Assembly (NCBI RefSeq): GCF_009914755.1
Contig: NC_060929.1
Direction: 5' to 3' (one strand)
Source of the DNA: the human T2T-CHM13v2.0 reference genome, Homo sapiens
DNA: 64,000 nucleotides
Shown: piece by piece, positions 1-11,282 of the stretch
How positions within the stretch are numbered: the stretch's first letter is position 1
How the letters are laid out: every line of letters begins with the position of its first letter
Translations under genes and position numbers: made by a program
The notes under the pieces: generated by a model
The model's database searches: none
What the model was told of the DNA's origin: nothing
Seen by the model: the letters and a program-made list of their open reading frames with translations, nothing else

Positions 1-330
1 TTAGCTGCCCCAGAGGAGGGGGCGAGCAGAGGAGGGGGCGGATGTGCACAGGGAGGTGCCAGCGGTCCGGTGCGCGGGCACGCACACGCCGGCGCGCAGG
101 GCTGCCGCGGGCGGAAGGAGGGGAATGACAAGGCCTCGGCCGCGTCTCGGAGAGGCACTACCTCCGCGCTGAGGCCGCTGAGTTTCAAGTGCAAAACACC
201 AGGCCAAATCCGGCAAGGCGGCGGCTACAGAATGGCTCACACTTCAAGCCTCCTTCCTCAAACAATCCGATGGGAAGGACCTGGCTGTTCAGGGGAAGCC
301 TTTGCTGGCCTCTCTTTTTACATGGGGTGA
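1..330. promoter_or_regulatory. CpG-island segment, truncated by the window edge
   Basis: High GC and CpG density. Confidence 0.65.
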
Positions 331-460
331 AGTCGAACCCCAATCTAGGAGCCCTGGCCTAGATGGCTCCGCAGATGAGTCCCAGACGTGGCCATGGAAA
401 GACTGATCTCTCTCTGCTCAGAGCGCCTGCCTCGGTGCTCACTAGCGCAAGCACCTCCCA

Positions 461-497
461 ACACACATACATACATACACACACACACACAACACAG
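461..497 (+). repeat. Imperfect (CA)n/(CATA)n
   Basis: Read directly from the sequence. Confidence 0.85.
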
Positions 498-869
498 CAC
501 TCCCATCACATTAAAACGCGCGCTCATGATCCTGCCGTTAATGAAGCCGAGGCGCATAATGAGTGCACAGGTAAATAGGTACCGAAACCAGAAGACTTCA
601 CCAGTCGGCTGGGCGATTTACCTCTCCCTACAGGGAGCACTTGTAGTTATCGTGTTTTAGGAGTGATTTGCTGTTGTCTGTGGTCTCTCGCTCCTCTTCT
701 TGTGGAGAGAAGCCAAAAAATATATATGTTCCGTGGTCAGAGTCTTCTTTCTGATAAGCTACCCGAGCATTGGTCTAAAACATCTGTTTTATCTGTTGAT
801 TTTGGTTTGTTGTTTTGGGGAGTGTTGCTTTTCTGAGGGAAGCAAAAGAACGTGTGTGTGGTGGGGCTG

Positions 870-1450
870 GAAGCTCAGGGCAAGAGTCTGCGTGTGCGGC
901 CGGAAGGCTGGCGAGTCTGAGAGCCGCGCGGTGCAGAAAGAAGGCGGCGGCTTGTCCTCCCCCGGGGCCGGCACTGGTCCCTTGGCACCCCGGCCTGGGC
1001 TCGGCTACTGCCGCCGCCGCCCGCGCTCTCGGGCTCCGCCGGCTGCCGCTCCGTGTTTTCCCCCATCCCGGCTTCACGTTCAAGGTTTAGCTGCGAGGTC
1101 ACGTCCATTGACGTCAGCTCCCTGTCTCCCTCTACGTCCGGCTACATTTACATACATCAAGGAAATTAGGGCATTAAAAAAATATGCAAATCCTGCGCGA
1201 AGAGGAGCGGGTGCATTCCTGGCGCGATCGCCTTTTATTGAAGCTTTTAATTAAAGGGGCCAGTTGGCGAGCCCCTGAAACAACCGCCAAAACCCCCCAA
1301 AAGAGAAAAATAAACGCTGTAGCCTTCGAGAACGGTTGTTTCGGCTCCTGTTCTGTGGGCGGCTGAGGACCGCCGGCTGCCCGGCTCGGAGAAGAACAGG
1401 TTAGAGGAGGCAGCTCCAGCCCATGCATAATCAGGGCTCCGCGGCGCCTC
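870..1450. promoter_or_regulatory. CpG island / promoter-like region with a full CRE and an octamer
   Basis: Dense CpG; TGACGTCA at 1109-1116; ATGCAAAT at 1184-1191; TTAATTAA near 1246. Confidence 0.75.
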
Positions 1451-1457
1451 CATTCTT

Positions 1458-1572
1458 TCCTCCTCCTCCTCCTCCTCCTCCTCCTCCTCCTCCTCCTCCT
1501 CCTCCTCCTCCTCCTCCTCCTCTTCCACCTCTCCTCCTCCTCCTCCTTCTCCTCCACCTCCTCCTCCTCTTC
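1458..1572 (+). repeat. (TCC)21 pure trinucleotide repeat (1458-1520) plus degenerate CCT extension
   Basis: Read directly from the sequence. Confidence 0.97.
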
Positions 1573-3199
1573 TTGCTCTCGCTCCTGTTGGTTCCAGCGT
1601 GTATTATTTTTAATACTGATGCATATGTAAAGGTATATTTGCATTTTTTAATTTGCGAGAATTTCAGATTTTGTCATTTTATTGGTTCCCTTTCCCTCTT
1701 TTTTTTTTTGGAGGATTTTTATTGTTGTTATTTTATTATGTCTATGTGTCTCTCTTGTCCCTTTCTGTCTTTTTTGGCGAGTGTCTGCTGCTGTCTCTTG
1801 CTAGATAATATACACAGTTACCTCCCTGCTTCTGTTTATTTAAGGTTACAAATATGCACATCTGTCATGTATGCAATGCCAGCTGTATAACCTCCTGGTT
1901 TGGTCATAAAGGAAAATACACATTTTTTTTTCTTTCTTGACATACCTTGATGGGCTGTAGTGCCCATCGCTCAAGGCTCAAAGTTTGATTGTCTAATTAA
2001 CTTCATATTAGCAGAAACACAGTTCGGGGCCAGTGCTTTCGAGATAATGTATGTATAAGTGAAGTGATTCCAAAGATTTCTAAATAATTTTTGTGCTGAT
2101 TGCCTGAGAGGTGCGGCATTCCCCGCCCTATTGCTTTCTAGCATTTCTTATTGAAAAAAATATATATATTTTAAAATGGGTAGACACAGCAATGGACAGC
2201 CTTCTGCAAGGAAGACATTTTCAACCATGTTGTATGTTGTACCTTATTGGCTGCATTCAAAATTTACTGAGTTTCATTTTTATCTTAATATGGCTGGAAA
2301 CAAGGCACATTATCTTGACTGAAAAGCATCCTTGATTCCTGACTTTGAAATGAAAGCAAATACACAAATAAAACAATTGGCTATATTAAACCAGTTGATG
2401 TGGCTTAAAATATACAGGCCTTGAGTTAGATTTCAAGCAATGGTAATCTTGTTTATAGGATCGGATTCTCTTTCTTGGCAATATAGCTATGCAGCACGAT
2501 GGCTTTTTTCCACCTTTTAATTCCCCCAAGCTATCATTTAAAAAAGACTCAATCTATAATTGCAAACCCTGAAAGAACAGCAAGTATGCACACATGCAGC
2601 TTATTCAATTAAACAAGTCCAAGTACATGCACAGGTAATTAGTTTTCTTATGAATGACTTACCTGCACAGATACTCAGGCCAAGACTCAGCCCTCCCCAA
2701 TGGCCTTCATGTATAAATATTCACATGTATTTCCCCCTATTTCAAACCTAAAGCGGTATGCCATCTTTCATGCTGGACTATCCAGCATCCATTTTCAGCA
2801 CCCTTAACTCTTATGGAATTTCCAGCCTTACCTCTGGCTGTAGTTTTTCCAAGCCTACACCAAAGTGCTCATATGATATGTCACCCAATAAAAAGTGGTC
2901 AGATGGCTACACGTATGACATTAAAAAGCAGAAACACATTCATCCTTCAGGTTCGCCTTTACCTTGCCATATATAGCAAGATTACGTTTCCTAAAATACA
3001 TTTTCAGCACATTTTATGAATAATTGCAGGATTCCACAACTGATTGCAGAATAGCCGGTTTCTGGGGGGCACCTGGCTGAGTGAAACAATTCGGCAGGCT
3101 CAAGGTCTCTTTGAGTTTGGCTGCAGTTAAATTGCGCGTGGCTGTTTGTTCCTGCCTGGACTCTCCCACATACCTGCCTACCTTTATGTAGGATCAGGA

Positions 3200-3890
3200 C
3201 AAACACACCGGCCACGTTGCAGGGCATAGAGTGTCGGTGCATATATTTAGATGGCAGTAGCAAGGAACGCGTGCGTGTACGGCTGAGCATGCATGTGTGT
3301 ACAGATGCGTGTGTATGTGCGCGCGCGCGCTATGTGACAAGGAACACAGAGAGGTACACCTCTTATCTCTGATCTCTCTGTAATCTCCTTTTCTGTTTCT
3401 AATCTCCCTTATTGGCGCATGGTAGTAACCCAAAGCGTGTGAACCGTCACCGTCGCTGCCGTGTGCGCGCTGTGGCTTACCCCGAGGGCCGGTGGCTCGG
3501 TGACTCGCTGGCTAGGTGGGTGTTGGGGAAGAGGGTGGGTAGCGTCGCTGCCGCTGCCGCCGCGGGTCCGGGTGCTCTGTCCCAGCCCGGCAGCCGAGCG
3601 CGCAGTGTCGGAGCCCCCTCCCACCCCGCCCTCACCCCCATCCTCCCCTCCCCTCCCTTCTGCGCCTCCCCCAACCCCCCGCCCCGCATTACCATATGGA
3701 GGCCGAGTCCCTGCGAATCACAGCAGCAGCGGGAGGTATTTGAATAAGCCCCGCAACCCCGCGCAGACCCCAACTCCTCCGAGAGCAGCATGCCCTGCAC
3801 CAAGAGCCACCACTCTGGCCGGTAACCTGGCAGCGACAGACAACTCCCCAAAGTGCCCTGCGCGCGGTGGAGAGAGGGTCTGCTGAGGGT
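3200..3890. promoter_or_regulatory. CpG island around the proximal LINC00461 first exon
   Basis: Dense CpG, GC boxes, C-runs. Confidence 0.75.
3481..3580 (-). ncRNA. LINC00461: Probable second alternative first exon of LINC00461; 5' end approximate
   Basis: Minus-strand donor GGG|GTAAGC (3475-3480) in a CpG island, with GC-box and G-run-rich sequence just upstream on that strand (3613-3686). Confidence 0.55.
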
Positions 3891-3946
3891 ACTGGGTCTC
3901 CCACTTGCTACTTTTATATTAACTTGACATAGAATCAGACAATAAA

Positions 3947-4085
3947 TGAGAGGAGAGAGAAGAGAAGAGGAAAGAAGAGACAGAAAAAGGGAGAGGCGCT
4001 GTAAAGGGGAGAGAGAAAACAGAAGCGAGAATGGGAGAGAAAAAGGAGAAAGAGAACCCAAAGGGTTGAGTTAAAGAGAGAGTAA
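3947..4085 (+). repeat. GA-rich polypurine low-complexity tract
   Basis: Read directly from the sequence. Confidence 0.85.
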
Positions 4086-5191
4086 AATGGGGACCGGGTG
4101 GGGAAACGGTGGGAGGGGGAGAAATACCCAAATATCTGAATTTGGACTTCTCAAGCTAAAAATACCACCTCACTGAACTTCACAACCTCCAATGAGACAC
4201 GTGTTTCTCCCCTCACCACCACGTCACCGAATGATTAATTTGCCGTCTCAATCAGAAATAATTATTTAGAATTGTATAACAGATATAGGACTTAGCAGAA
4301 AGAAGCTCATTTTATGAAACATAGCGAAAAATATATGACATTTAAAGATGATGTTGGCTACCTCACGGTAAAAATTAAGGCTTGCCTTAACGACTCGGCA
4401 GTTGTCCAACCATGTCCTCTGAAATGGTGAGATGGCGGCCCAGGGCCAGCAACAAGAGGTGTTCCGAAATATTTTGGACTTTAAGTGAAAATTTTTTTTC
4501 TTCCTGTCTCAAATTTTATTGTTACGTTTTTCTTCTTCACGAATTTATTCCTTTTACCTAAATTTTACAGATAATATGTGAATCTTTTAAAAAATTTTAC
4601 TGCAAAATGTCACATTTTGACTGAAGATATGATTTTAGACGTTAATTTAAACACATAGCCAGTTCCATTTTGCAAACTAACTCTGAATAGCACCTGATTC
4701 TGAATTTAGCCAATTCAACTCACTCTCCCTCTCCCTATCCTCAAATCAGAGCAGTGATTTCCCTGTACAAAACAATCAGAATCATACTAAAATCTCCAGT
4801 CACCTAGAGGATGTACCCATTGTAAATGTCCCTTTAGGTATTCATAAGCCAAACGCCCTTCTTTTGAAACACATACAAAAAGAACGCCTCTGATTAATAA
4901 TCTCTTTCGCGGCACACTGAGGCCGAAGGCAGGGAGCCGCAGGACGCCAGAGAAGGGCGCAGAATTCTCAATACCTAGCATTTCAATGCAGATTCCAAAG
5001 ATTCGCTAACTGCTAGGTTTTCCAAGAGGAAATAATATTTGGCAAGCAACGCTTTTGGGAAAGACAACCACATTCCAAATACTGGCTCCTTCCTGGGCCT
5101 GGGGAGGGGACTGCGATCGCGGTTACCCGGCACTTCTGTGTTCATGTGTGTACAAGGTGGTATGTAGCCCACGCATGTAGCCAGGCCTAGG

Positions 5192-5259
5192 TTTCTTTCT
5201 TTTCTTTTTCTTCTTCTTTTTCTTTTTTCTTTTTCTTTTTTTTTTTTTTTTTTTTTTTT
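5192..5259 (+). repeat. T-rich / poly(T) tract with no attached Alu body
   Basis: Read directly from the sequence. Confidence 0.9.
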
Positions 5260-5379
5260 GAGGCAAGAATATTGAAACCAATCCACTCTTTCTGTAGCTA
5301 GCTCCCACGAAGCTGGGATTTTCAACCTCTTGTTTATTCGTAAAGCCCATATGGAACCCCGGTTGAATCTCCCCTCTTC

Positions 5380-5900
5380 GGATTTTACCAGGAGGCCCTC
5401 AGTGCCCCACCGCCGCCCATGGCACGTGAAGAGAAAGGAGGGAGAGTTGGGAGCCACGAGAGAAGCCGGCTCGGAGCCGCTTCCGTCGGGGCCCATGTTT
5501 CGCCCCAACAGACCCGTCTCTCCTTTCTCTCCCCGAAGGTACTTCCTTAGGCCGGCAGTGTCGCTACGGTGGTAGCCAGGTGAGCACGGGCACAGTCCCG
5601 GGGCGGGGGCGGGTAGAGCGGCCCTCTCTCGGGAGCTCCGGTGGGTCTGCGAACCTGCCGGGAGCGGAAGGCTGAGTGGCGCTGGGGGCCCGCGCGGGGC
5701 TCCTGGCTCCCGCCGGCAGGGGAACAGCGACACCTACTGGCCGCATGGGTACCGCGCCCGGGCCGTCAGGGCTGCCCTGGGACGGGGTGCCGGGCTCCGT
5801 GGACTTGGGAGGCCGCGGGAAACTTCACCGAAGGCTCTGCGGACTGCTCTAGGACTCGTCCGCCCTGGAGAAGACAAAGCCACGCTTTCTGGAGACCCCT
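5380..5900. promoter_or_regulatory. CpG island with tandem GC boxes
   Basis: Very GC/CpG rich; GGGGCGGGGGCGGG at about 5600-5613. Confidence 0.75.
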
Positions 5901-6382
5901 GGGAGGACTGTAGGATGGAACTGAACACACAGGCACACACGCATGCCCATTTTTTCTGGGGAACCGGATAAACCCTCAGATGCAGTTGCCCACCGTCCCT
6001 TGGTTTTATGAGAGAGACCCAAGCAGAGGTCGGAGCCTTGACCTCCTCAGGTTCATGACCCAGGCCTCTTCACCGCCTTTCCCAGTTCAGCACTGACTAA
6101 AGAAGATATCTTTACAAATTAGGAAAAGAAAAGAGTTCATTATCCTCCCTGAAGCGGGGAAATGAGTGAGTCAAAGACACAGACTCACAGGCAGCGGTTG
6201 GCGCCGGGCACACGAACCGGCCGAGCCCTCCTGCTAGCCAGCTTCGGGCACCTTTAGTGCGCCCTGAGACTGCCGCCAGGGAGTGAAATTTGGTAGCTCT
6301 TCTTTAAGAATTACAATCTTCTTAATTACTCCTGAAATAAAGGCAAATTTGGGCTACTGGTGATATTTTTGAGAACTACAGG

Positions 6383-6516
6383 TATATATGCATATATAAA
6401 TATATATATTTAAAGCATATATACCAAAGCAAATATATACATAAAGTATATGCATATGTGTGTGTACATATATACTCACACACATACACATGTGTGCATA
6501 CATTTACATATATATC
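6383..6516 (+). repeat. TA/CA-rich low-complexity tract
   Basis: Read directly from the sequence. Confidence 0.8.
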
Positions 6517-8443
6517 TTCTGCGACATGGCTTCGGTTGTTGGCTTATGTTGGGGAAGGTAAGAGGTTGTGAAGGCATGGCAGGTCTGATGAAAGCTCAGC
6601 AAGGTTGGGGATGGCAAAAAAGCAATTCATGTATTCCAGATTCACTTTCTCTTATCTAGTCTTTTCTGTAATAGCATATAGCCATTTCATATGGGAAGGA
6701 GATGTGATGTTGGTCCCAGCAGCGGGTAGAGGAGGGGGGAACCTCAGCTTCCATTATGCCCCAAGATGCCTTCTTTTTCCCCTTTTCAGGTTCTGAGGCT
6801 CACTTGGGCCTAAGAAACCTGGCTGAGTGTGATTCTTATACTAACCTGCTCAAAAGTAAAACATATTCCCTTTCCTCGAAACACTGGGGTATCGGAGCTA
6901 ATTTCATTCCTTAAGATTTCTATGTAAAATATTGCTTATTAACAAACCTCAGAACTAAAGGCAGTTTTTTTCCATTCAAATTTCAAGAGTTCATTTTGGA
7001 AATTATTTTTCTTAGCTTTACATACCGGTTAGAACTAGGGTCTAAAAGATTTTGCCTGGAAGGTGGGAGAGCTTATTAGGACTAAATTTTTGTCTTCGTT
7101 CTCTACAGTCACAAAAGTTTGCTAATTCTGTTTTATTTAAATACAATTGGAAGCTTTTAGTGTCTCTAAAGCCAGGAGTTTTAGGTCAGGTCCCCCTCTC
7201 TCTCCCTCTTAAAAAGAAATCACTAAAAGGCCCAGGAAACCTGTATTTCAACTCTGTTCTGCAAGTATTTTTTTTCTTTTTAAATTTTCTTACAAGTGGA
7301 TTTGACTGTGTCCTGATAATACAGGAATTCACATCGAAGAAGAGACTCTTAGCAGTTTGTATGATATACAAATAAACCTATATTATTAATAATAAAATTG
7401 GGCTTTATCCTACTGGCATTTTTTCTTGGCAAATCCTGTTTCCCACTGCATTTCAAAGTCAGCTTTCTCCTTATAAAAATGGAAACATTCATAGCACAGG
7501 AAAATATTTATTAAAAAATTACACTGGGCACACAACAAGCACCCATCAACAAAACCCAGTTCAGAGGTGTCTTTGGGTATTTAAAGCACCTTGATAAATG
7601 CAGGGGTTGATTTTTTTTTCCTTTCCTTTTGGCTTTTTAGGATGTAGCTTTATTTGTGACTCCAAAATCTTAGCTAGAAAGGACTCTCATTGTTTGATAT
7701 TCTTTGGTTTTACTAACTAAAAAATGTTGATTTGACATTAAAGAAGATAGAAAAATAGAATTTCTGTTTCAAAAATTGTGGAATTTCTCTTCATGCTAGT
7801 CATCCCCAAAGCATTAGTGTATTAAACTCTAGTAGAAGGAATGTTTACTGTTCAGTACAGAAAATTAGGCCAGCAAAATAATTTTTTATTTCACATTAAA
7901 TGTGAATAAGCATATTCATAAAGGTAATTTGTATATGGGTGTTATCGTGATGACTGTGTGAAGTAAGGGAGGAGACAAGGCTTACAAGGCTTTCTGTTTA
8001 GGTCTCCCTCAATATATTTTTCTTTTCATTCCTCTTATTTAACAAGAAAGTCAAGGAATAGAAGACAGGCTAAATTGTCATTAGACTGTGTCTGTGTTCT
8101 TTGTCACGCCTGCCTTTCCTCTGGACTGCCTGGGAGGATGTGTGTGCTCCTTTCTTGCTTCTTGAGTAGCAGGGAGGAAGGAATGGATGCAAGGATGTGA
8201 AGATTGATCAGAAAGGCACATTATTGCACGTGAAAATGAGATGGATACATTTGACACCTGGCTAAATTTCAGCCAGGTGGTTGTCTTGCGAGAGGGGCTT
8301 GTGTGTGGAAGCTAGCAGGCCGACTGAAAAAAGTGGGGGGAGACAAGAGGCTTCCTTCATCTGGAAATCCGCAGGATCTTACTGACATTTGGCTTCAGGG
8401 AGTAGAGCTCCAAGGACACCTGTGTGCATCTGCCTGGAGATAG

Positions 8444-8482
8444 GTGTGTGTGTGTTGTGTGTGTGTGTGTGTGTGTGTGTGT
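8444..8482 (+). repeat. (TG)n microsatellite with one interruption
   Basis: Read directly from the sequence. Confidence 0.95.
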
Positions 8483-9115
8483 AGGGAGAAGTAGGCATTT
8501 CATCAAAAATACATTTGAAAAATGTTGGTTCTAAAATTCAGTCGTTATCAATTCGGGCCAGGTACCAAAGTCACTAACGTGTCCAGGTTAACTCCTGGAA
8601 GGCAGCAACATTCTTGCTTTTGATGGTACGAATATGGCTTCTTTCATTTCTTTGGCTCTTTATGGTACTTCTTTTGAGTGGGGCGAGGCTCTAGCTTTCC
8701 CCTCCTCCTTTCTTGATCTCGGCAAACAAAACCATTCTACCACTTGAGCCATCTGCCGCAGGTGTAATGGATGGCAGGGGGCCGACCTAACCACACTCCA
8801 GTCTCTTCTAGGTCGTCACCGCTCTGCACCAAACAAATGAGTCCTGTTTCACCACTAGGGTGCCGAGGTGGATGGTGGATGCTGGCCCCCGCCCCTGGCA
8901 GCGCTCAGCCCTTAGAAACCAGAGCCAGCTGACAACACGCGAAACACACAGGCACAGCGAAAACGCCGAGCCGACGCTCATTCCCTCTGCCCCCTCCCTC
9001 TGCTCTCTGTAACAAGGAGGACACGTACACAGCCTTTACACACTTAAAAGCCCTTGCGACTCCCTCTGAATTCTTAGTTACTTATGACGGCCTTCCTCAC
9101 TGCACATAGCCCCTG

Positions 9116-9117
<2 letters not shown>

Positions 9118-9154
<37 letters not shown>

Positions 9155-9192
9155 CGCGCGTGTGTGTGTGTACGCGCGCGCGCGCACGCGTG
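9118..9192 (+). repeat. Compound (TG)n/(CG)n tract, 75 bp of unbroken purine-pyrimidine alternation
   Basis: Read directly from the sequence. Confidence 0.95.
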
Positions 9193-9790
9193 AATGTGCA
9201 TGTGTGTTTAAAACGCTTATTGGTAGGTCATCAGCAGCTGATCAGACATGGTAATCCAATAATTTTTTTGAATACACACAATTTTTCGTTGAAGTTAATT
9301 TTTTTAAAGAAAAATGGAAAACTATTAATTTTCTGCGCAAGTCTAGGGTTCCCAGTTTAGGTTCCAGAGAACAGCAGATCTGCGCAGCCCCCGCCTTACC
9401 AAACTTTCCTTTTCTAGGGTTTGAAAGAGGCTCACATTCTCACTTCATGACAGAGCAGCGGCTCATTTGCACGCGGGTGTGTAAAGGAGGGAGCTGTCGA
9501 ACGCGCGACTTAGGAAGGGAAATCGGATAGCTGCAGCCCCACGCAGTCGCTCGGAACCTTGGCTGGAGGCACAAGGTGCCCAGGGGCAAGAGCCCGGGGT
9601 CCAAGCTTCCAGGCGCACATCATCCTCTGGGCCCCGGGCCCTCCGGCTGGAGCACTCCCTCACCCGCATCCCATCCCCGTTCCATTTTGATCATTATTTG
9701 AATAGCCCAGGTAAGGGTGCCCATCTCTCGGCTATGGGCGGGGGCTGGACCCTGACAGGTACGGACTCCGCGGGACCCCAGTGTGCTTAC

Positions 9791-9894
9791 CTCGAGCGAG
9801 GCCCTGGCAAATGGTGGCCCAGAAGCATCAAGTTTCCTCTCCCAGCCGTTGTGCCAGATTTCCCCTCCTGCCTTCTGCTCCTCTCCGCCAGCTC

Positions 9895-9940
<46 letters not shown>
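9791..9940 (-). ncRNA. LINC00461: Probable alternative first exon of LINC00461 (MIR9-2 host lncRNA); 5' end approximate
   Basis: Strong minus-strand donor GAG|GTAAGC (9785-9790) inside a CpG island. Position and strand downstream of MEF2C match the known locus layout. No credible ORF. Confidence 0.6.
9899..9938 (+). repeat. (CT)20 microsatellite
   Basis: Read directly from the sequence. Confidence 0.97.
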
Positions 9941-9941
<1 letters not shown>

Positions 9942-9989
9942 ACACACGAGGATTACTTGTGACTTTTAGAGGCAAAAGCTTGCTTATTC

Positions 9990-10170
9990 AGAGGAGAGAG
10001 GGAGGGGGAGAGGGAGAAAGGAGGCGGGAGGGAGGAGAGACGGGGGAGAGAGAAGTAAAAGGGGGATGGAGGATGAAGAGGAGGTGGAGAATCAGAAGGT
10101 AGTGCGGGCGTTGTTAGAGAAGGAGGAGGAAGAGGAGGAGGAGGAGGAGGGATGGGAGGGGTAGGGTGGA
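9990..10170 (+). repeat. GA/GGA-rich polypurine tract
   Basis: Read directly from the sequence. Confidence 0.85.
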
Positions 10171-10682
10171 GTAACCAAAGATGGGCTGGGATGGGACGGC
10201 GAGGAATAAATTGCTCCCCACCCAGCTGCGGTGCGACGCCCCCAGCGTCCCAGGGGAGCCGGTGCGTCAGCTCACGGCTGGCCAAGGCGGGGCCGTACAA
10301 AAGCTAGCGCCGCGGGACCCCCTTCATGGGCTTCTACCCTAGCAGACCGAGCGCTGGAGGCCGCTCCACGCGCGAGCTCGAACCACGGAGGGCTCTCAGC
10401 TCGGACAAGCGTCGCTGTCTAAGAGCTCCAAGCTCCACGGAACTTTGATTTTATGCCCGGGAGCCCGGTCATCCACTTCTGCATCTCAGACAAGCGCCGG
10501 AGGCTCGTGCAGCTTCCTCGCGTCCTCTTCCTGGACGCGGGGCGCCCACCTTAGTCATAGCCCCTGGTCCCGGCACTGCTCACGCCGTCGGTTTCCCCAC
10601 TGCCCAGGCTCCCTCAGCCCGAACCCTGCGTCTCTGTTCACATTGGAACACCCCCTCACCTCATCTCAGCTTGCTTTTACCG

Positions 10683-10684
<2 letters not shown>

Positions 10685-10728
<44 letters not shown>

Positions 10729-10741
10729 ATAGCGCGCGCGC
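10685..10741 (+). repeat. (GT)21 followed by (GC)5
   Basis: Read directly from the sequence. Confidence 0.95.
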
Positions 10742-11257
10742 TCTAGGCTAGAAAGAAGGTAACGAAAAAGTAGCTTCGGTCTCCTGCAGCTTGGATCCCA
10801 CTACCAAGTCCGACCATATTCAGTATTTGAGATTACAGTTTGCAGCAAGGACCAAGGCAGGGGTTCACCGGATCATTTCAACTGAGTTTCAATGCAGCAA
10901 GGATTGTTTATCATTATTGCTAAGACTGACAAAAATAGGCCAAAAATAAAGAACAGTTGCATAGAAAGAAGGGACAGCATTTTAGCAGTGATCAGGAACT
11001 AAAAGTGTTTGGAATGGATTTCTCGAACAAGAGCATCCACGATGGATAAAGGTGAAAGCCGCAGACTCTCACAAAACCGTTTCAGTACGTGATGGGATTA
11101 AAAAATAGGACCATGCTTTTCAACATAGACTACCCATTAGTTCTCCGTTAAATGCACTAAACCAGCCCCATGGAATGATTACATGGCAGCCTTTTAATGT
11201 ACAAACACGAGGATTCTAAAACGGATGCACACAACCCGTTTATAGAACTCCCTCTGT

Positions 11258-11282
11258 ACACACACACACACACACACACACA
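11258..11282 (+). repeat. (CA)n microsatellite
   Basis: Read directly from the sequence. Confidence 0.95.

Larger units (their letters stand above)
8800..10750. promoter_or_regulatory. CpG-rich promoter region around the distal LINC00461 first exon
   Basis: CpG-dense blocks interleaved with (TG)n/(CG)n, (CT)n and GGA-rich tracts. Confidence 0.7.

Noticed and set aside
1174-1890. ORFs with poly-Pro, poly-Glu, poly-Arg or poly-Leu runs
   Set aside because: They are translations of the (TCC)n repeat in different frames, with no domain or splice support.
700-6000. Long ORFs of 140-250 aa in CpG islands (700-1254, 3461-3886, 3477-4061, 4975-5733)
   Set aside because: Stop-poor GC-rich or low-complexity DNA; mostly non-ATG starts; overlapping on both strands; no recognisable protein.
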